From positions 48,298,001-48,362,000 of the forward strand of contig NW_026889758.1 in the NCBI RefSeq assembly GCF_033153115.1: DNA of 64,000 nt. Reading direction: 5' to 3'. Shown here in pieces: positions 58,931-64,000 of this stretch. Made by a program: the position numbers and the translations under genes. Position 1 is the first letter of the stretch, and the number at the start of each line of letters is the position of its first letter. The notes under the pieces are model-generated. The model was not told the DNA's origin. It did no database searches and was given only the letters and a program-made list of their open reading frames with translations. This DNA is from Saccostrea echinata. Taxonomy: Eukaryota.

Positions 58931-60678
58931 TTTATTATAATATATAAAATATTTACGAGTATTATGCGAGTCCACTCAAAGTTATTTACGAATTTAATGA
59001 TTCGTGCTTTTTCAGTTTTTTTTCCTTTAAAAACTTATCGAACCAATTTTAGGTCATTTTAAAACTAATCAAATTTAAGTCAACAAATTTTAGTACATGA
59101 ATTGTATAGCATATATATTTCAATTAAATTACAACCGAACCGATACGTGATATGGGTTTTCGGGCCGGTCTTTGATAGAGGTTTTGTGTCGTCACTCGTA
59201 TCCCACAGTGCGGAATCGGTGTAAATGATAAAGTACGTATCTTAACACTTAGTAGCATTTTCAATGACTTTTATATATTAATGGCGTTTTTTTCTTCCCA
59301 ATCTCCCGTATTCATGTTTAACCTTTTTTCTATACATCCAGTGAAGAAAGGGCTTGGGCGGGCGTTATGTTGAAATTGATAAAGAAATTAAACGAAGACG
59401 TCATATATTTCGAATACATGTATATCTTAAAATGATAACATGGACTCAAGTCGATTTGATAGGGACGGGGAGGAGACGTCCACGATGTAAACAATTTACC
59501 TATTAATTCATAAAAGTATTGAAAAAATACAATAAAATCAATATCTAAGGAGCAAATCTACCAATTTTAGCGGCGAGGGTTTACATTGACTCTTCGATTC
59601 ACCGTCTCTAGCATTACCTCTACTTCTATAGAAACTCATTTAAAATATAAAAAACATAAATTCCGATTATTGTTAAAGATTTATTACCAAGAATACATAT
59701 TCTCTATCTGAAACACGGAAAAAACGTATGGTAAAAGTATTAATATAAATAAAACAAAAATAAAAGATTAATAAAATTAACACAAAATAAAAAATGGCAA
59801 AAAAGTTATTTAGGACAAAACAAAACAAAAAATGCAACAAAAGATGTAACAGAAGGAAAAACAACAACAAAAAGCCCTGGAAAAAAGTCTCAAAGTGCAA
59901 ACAAAAAAAATAAAATAAATAACGATAAAAAATAAAAAGAAGATGGTAAGTAATTGACCTTCATTAAGTACAAAGAACGCACCACAAAATAATACAACTT
60001 TGATAAAAATCAGTTCATATAAAAGTTTCGATGCAATCAGAAATTTTTGCTGCGGGCAAGTATCAAATAAATGTGTATAGCCGTCATCCGTGTATAAATG
60101 CTTAGTCTGTATGCAGTATCACTTTTGGCATTTGTGACAGTCTACACGCTTGTAGCATACTCCTCGACGATGAGTTGAACAGAAACAAATGGCGTTGCTA
60201 TAGAAATATCAAGGAAGTTAAAAAAGAACTGACCATATTACTAGTAGAAATGCTAACTTTCCCCCACCTGTGTTATAACAAAAGTTTGCCTTTTCTATCC
60301 CATTTGTAAACAAAAATTGCATCTGTTATTGCTCAATATAAACATCTGTATATAAATGTAAACTGTCGGAATTAATAAATTAATCTGCGTATAAAACTTG
60401 GTTTTGAATAATTGTCGATCTATCACGCAAATATAACGGTTAACTTTGCGTGTCTCTAAGCACTTTGTTATTTAACAGAAAAGGTAAATTTTGTCCAAGT
60501 AATTTGGCATCAATTGACACCTAGCACCTTTCAAACTAGAAAATCGATACCGGCAGGTGCGTGGCAGAGTGTGGGAATTTGGCGGGGTTTTTCTGTCGGA
60601 ATGTCACGAGGTTTTGTGATGTAAATTACACACTTGAAAATGTCAATACATGTCGCAGCATCGAAGTTCATTGCAGTG

Positions 60679-61734
60679 TTAAATCTCGCTCCTTTCGTAC
60701 AATTCCAGCAGTGTCGGTTTAAATTGCTTGGTTGCATAATACTTGGCGAGGACAAGTGAGGACAAGGATGAAATTATTTGTAAAGTTGGTCGGCAAAGTG
60801 GTCGAGGGTCCAAGCAGGCGGCAGCCAAGTCTTTAAGTTGCATAGAATAATAGCCGAATTCTCCGATGCAACATTTATTTTCTTGGGTAGTTTGAGCAAT
60901 TTGAGACGTCATTTCATGGAGGATTAGACCTAATCCCCACACTGTACTCTCTGGCCCGACGTATCCCCAGCTCAAAACCTCAGGGGGTACATAGGTAATG
61001 GAAGAAGGAGTTTGAAATTGAAAGTTTGACCCACTTTTCACCGGCAAATAGAGCAGCATGTTTTCTATTAAAATCCTGCCACGTTCGCCGATAACAATGT
61101 GGCGAGGTTGACACAGTTCCCACGGGTATACCCCATGGTTCCCCAAGTATATCAGAACGTCTGATAGCTGCAAAATGGTCTCCCAAATCAAAACCTCTGG
61201 AATGTGTCGTCCTTGAAGACGTACTTTGAAAAGAAGTTCTTCCAAATTTATGACTGAAAAATCGAAAATATGGAATATCCGATTGCTCTCGATCGCGCAC
61301 ATTTTCAGGTGACAGGTCATTAAATTTTTATGCCTGAAGGTGGCCCACATTTCCCGCGTTTTTGCATTGGTCATTTGTTTTGACCCGGATCCATTGCATA
61401 ATGAACATATTTCATCCTCTTTTTCTGATTTCATCAATATATTTGTCCCTGAGAAAGTACACTTCCCTGGATAAATCTGATGAACTTTGTGATGCACATG
61501 ATTTGGAAAATTGAAATTGTATTCAACAAACAAATCATCCAGAGTAAAGTCCGTTGGAATGTGAAACGTGCATAGAAATTCTTTGATCACATTTGGCAAA
61601 GGAAGAGTTGACACTTTATGAATATTGTCTATACCAATCCGTTGTAAAATCTTGTGTCTACAAGCATTCTGCAACGATGTCACACCAGTTTTAGTTGTTA
61701 CGCCGAGCGCGTGTGCCCTTCTATCTGCTTTCAT
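60679..61734 (-). CDS. Intronless 351-aa protein: N-terminal SOCS box + degenerate protein-kinase-like domain
   Basis: SLQNACRHKI...LPLPNVIKEFL (BC box + Cul5 box). Kinase C-lobe traces IPEVLIWETILQL, YVPPE, VWGLG, CLDPRPLCRPT. HRD and DFG are absent. Confidence 0.75.
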   Translation of the reverse strand: MKADRRAHALGVTTKTGVTSLQNACRHKILQRIGIDNIHKVSTLPLPNVIKEFLCTFHIPTDFTLDDLFVEYNFNFPNHVHHKVHQIYPGKCTFSGTNILMKSEKEDEICSLCNGSGSKQMTNAKTREMWATFRHKNLMTCHLKMCAIESNRIFHIFDFSVINLEELLFKVRLQGRHIPEVLIWETILQLSDVLIYLGNHGVYPWELCQPRHIVIGERGRILIENMLLYLPVKSGSNFQFQTPSSITYVPPEVLSWGYVGPESTVWGLGLILHEMTSQIAQTTQENKCCIGEFGYYSMQLKDLAAACLDPRPLCRPTLQIISSLSSLVLAKYYATKQFKPTLLELYERSEI

Positions 61735-61936
61735 TGTCGTTACTAAAGTGATACCGATAAGTGAACTGACTGCTAAAATTAGCGACGTTTAGCGCCATTT
61801 TCGCACCAGCCAATTGCCGATAAGCAAAAGGGATTCCTTGCATGACGCATATAATGTAGGGGTTTTCCAATTTTTCCCATGGTTCCACATAATAATATTG
61901 AAAAATTATTATGAATGTAAACTATGGCTGCTAAGC

Positions 61937-62738
61937 ATGAACAGAAAGGGAAATGGTCGGTTATTTGGCCGAAAAAGAGGTGAAAACAAGAACAAAGGAC
62001 CTCAACGACAAAGAGTGCCGTTCTACAGACGAAACATCGGCATAGCAGCTAGCCCGTTGCTGTTTATTTTCGGTTTGATTCGGCAACTTGCCTTTCAACT
62101 CTGGTTGGTACTTACATTGGTTGTATGCAAGTCTCGAGATTTGACGCGAGGGCAGTGCTATCGCCGTTTGAGAGCTGACGTCTCGGTGGACGCCGAAGCA
62201 GCTATGACGTCACCATCCAGAGCCAAGTCGCCCTCCCCTGCAGGACCTTCTCTGAGTCAGCAAAAACATTATCATAGAAAAGCGTTTGAATACATCTCAA
62301 AGGCGCTAAAAATAGATGAAGAAGATGCAGGTTATCCATCATTTAGTTTCAGTACCTCAAATTATAAAACGGCGGAAAAATAATAATCATAAGTCTCCCT
62401 GCACTGAATACAGAAACCATTGCTTTTAGATCTTATCTCTTGCATGATAACATGTATCATATAACACAAGCTTATTTAATCTAATTACCATTACAAATGG
62501 TTTGATAGATAGACTGTTACATTTATTTTGTTTGGTCTTTGATGTCATAATTGGTTTATCTTAGGCACCATGTATTGCTTGTGTAAGAAATATTCCATGT
62601 TAACAGTATTAAGTTTTCTTCATGTCTGGGTAACTTTTGTTTGTTTTATAGGGAGGAAGGATCAAGCAATTGAGATGTACAAGAAAGGCATTGATGCTCT
62701 CCAGAAAGGCATCGCTATAGAGGTTGCTAATGGCCAGG
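61937..62738 (+). CDS. SPAST: Spastin, 5' exons 61937-62330 and 62652-62738; the gene continues beyond the window
   Basis: Hydrophobic hairpin segment, then MIT domain [43 protein letters not shown]. Confidence 0.92.
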
Positions 62739-62891
62739 GTAATGATTTAACTTCTTTATCAATGACATCAAACCATTCTAGTGAACCAGGGCAACAATTC
62801 ATACCTTCTCCAACTCCTCCGTTTCTTTAGTACTCTTTTTTTCACGATCCCACCTCTATGTATCTAAGCACTCATAAATTTATCATTGCAC

Positions 62892-64000
62892 TTATTTTTC
62901 GTGCCCTGCCATGGATAGCATATAGTGTTTGTCATGTCTGTCTTCTGTCCTTATGTCCTTAAGTCTGTCCTTTCTTCACACTTTCTGTTTAGCTCAATTT
63001 CAAAGAAACTATTCAAGATATTTTTATCAAACTTCAAATGCTGAATTGCTGATACATATTGATGACAGCTATTCAGTATCATCAACACTTTTTGACCTTG
63101 ACCTTTTTGAAAATTTGTGTTTAGCTCAGTTTCAAAGAAACTATTCAAGATGATTTTATCAAACTTCAGGTGCTGATACATGTTATATAGTGAAAACTAT
63201 TTAACTTCATCAACTTTTTTTTGAGCTTGATTTTCCCTTTGACCTTGAACTCACTTTTCTTAAAGTTGTGTTTAGCTAAGTTTCAAAGAAACTATTCAAG
63301 ATGTTTTTATCAAACTTGATTCATGTTGGTGAAATCTAATCAACTTCATCCACTTTTTGGACTTTGTCCTTTCCTTTGACTTTGACCTCACTTTTCTTAA
63401 ATTAGTGTTTAGCTAATTTTCAAAGAAACTCTTCAAAATATTTTTATCAAACTTCATATGCTGATACATGTTGGTGAGAACTATTCAACTTCATCAACAT
63501 TTTTTTTTACCTTGACCTTTCCCTGCAGCTTGACCTTACTTTTCTTAAATTTGTGTTTTCCTCAGTTTCAAAGAAACTATGGAAGATGTTTTAATCAAGC
63601 TTCATATGCTTATACATATTGATGAAAGCTATTCAATTTCATCAACATTTTAAACATTGACCTTTCATTTGACTTCATTTTTCTCAATTTTGTGTTTAGC
63701 TCAGTTTTAAAGAAACAAATCAAGATATTTTTATCTGATACATTTTGGTGAGTGCTATTGACCTATATCAACATTTATTTGACATAGGCCTTCCTCTTGA
63801 CCTTGACCTCTTTTTCCTTAAATTTGCATGTAGCTTATCTTCAAAGAAACTATTCAAGATATTTTATGCACTGATACATTAATTGGTGAGAATTTATCAA
63901 CTATGTTCAATTTTTTTTTACCTTGACCTTCACAATGATAATTTATTGTGTCTAAAACTCAGTTTTGAAGAAACTATTCAAAATATTTTCATCAAACTTC
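62892..64000 (+). mobile_element. HINE-type element with long degenerate tandem central array, in a spastin intron; runs off the window
   Basis: ttttcgtgccctgcc..gcatatagtgttt..(tgtc)n head; repeated tgtgtttagctcagtttcaaagaaactattcaagatatttttatcaaacttc units. Confidence 0.7.

Overview
AT-rich eukaryotic (metazoan) DNA with GT-AG spliced genes. The repeat content (Helentron/HINE-type elements with tandem central arrays, many MITEs, a Neptune-type Penelope element) suggests a bivalve such as an oyster; this is an inference. Genes in order: 3' part of a phospholipase C-beta (+), RTRAF/C14orf166 (-), LRRC73 (+), cytoplasmic tryptophanyl-tRNA synthetase WARS1 (-), WDR25 (+), a BTB-BACK-PHR protein (BTBD3/6-like, -), an intronless SOCS-box/pseudokinase ORF (-) and the 5' part of spastin (+). 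Exon boundaries were read by hand. Main points of interest: (1) a tandem miniature LTR retrotransposon whose LTRs carry a tRNA-like gene, with a tRNA-His PBS, a PPT and a 4-bp TSD; (2) a probable solo LTR carrying a 5S rRNA internal promoter, inserted in a tRNA-SINE head; (3) about 29 tandem copies of the RTRAF exon-5 splice acceptor, each a potential in-frame 33-nt micro-exon; (4) three tandem versions of the exon encoding the Galpha-q-binding ALxxP helix-turn-helix of PLC-beta; (5) an N-terminal SOCS box fused to a kinase-like domain lacking catalytic motifs; (6) an overlapping uORF and second Met in spastin resembling the mammalian M1/M87 arrangement; (7) a Penelope element with inverted terminal repeats that each contain a hammerhead ribozyme. 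Two assembly gaps (N runs) are present. No database searches were run; family names rest on recognising motifs.
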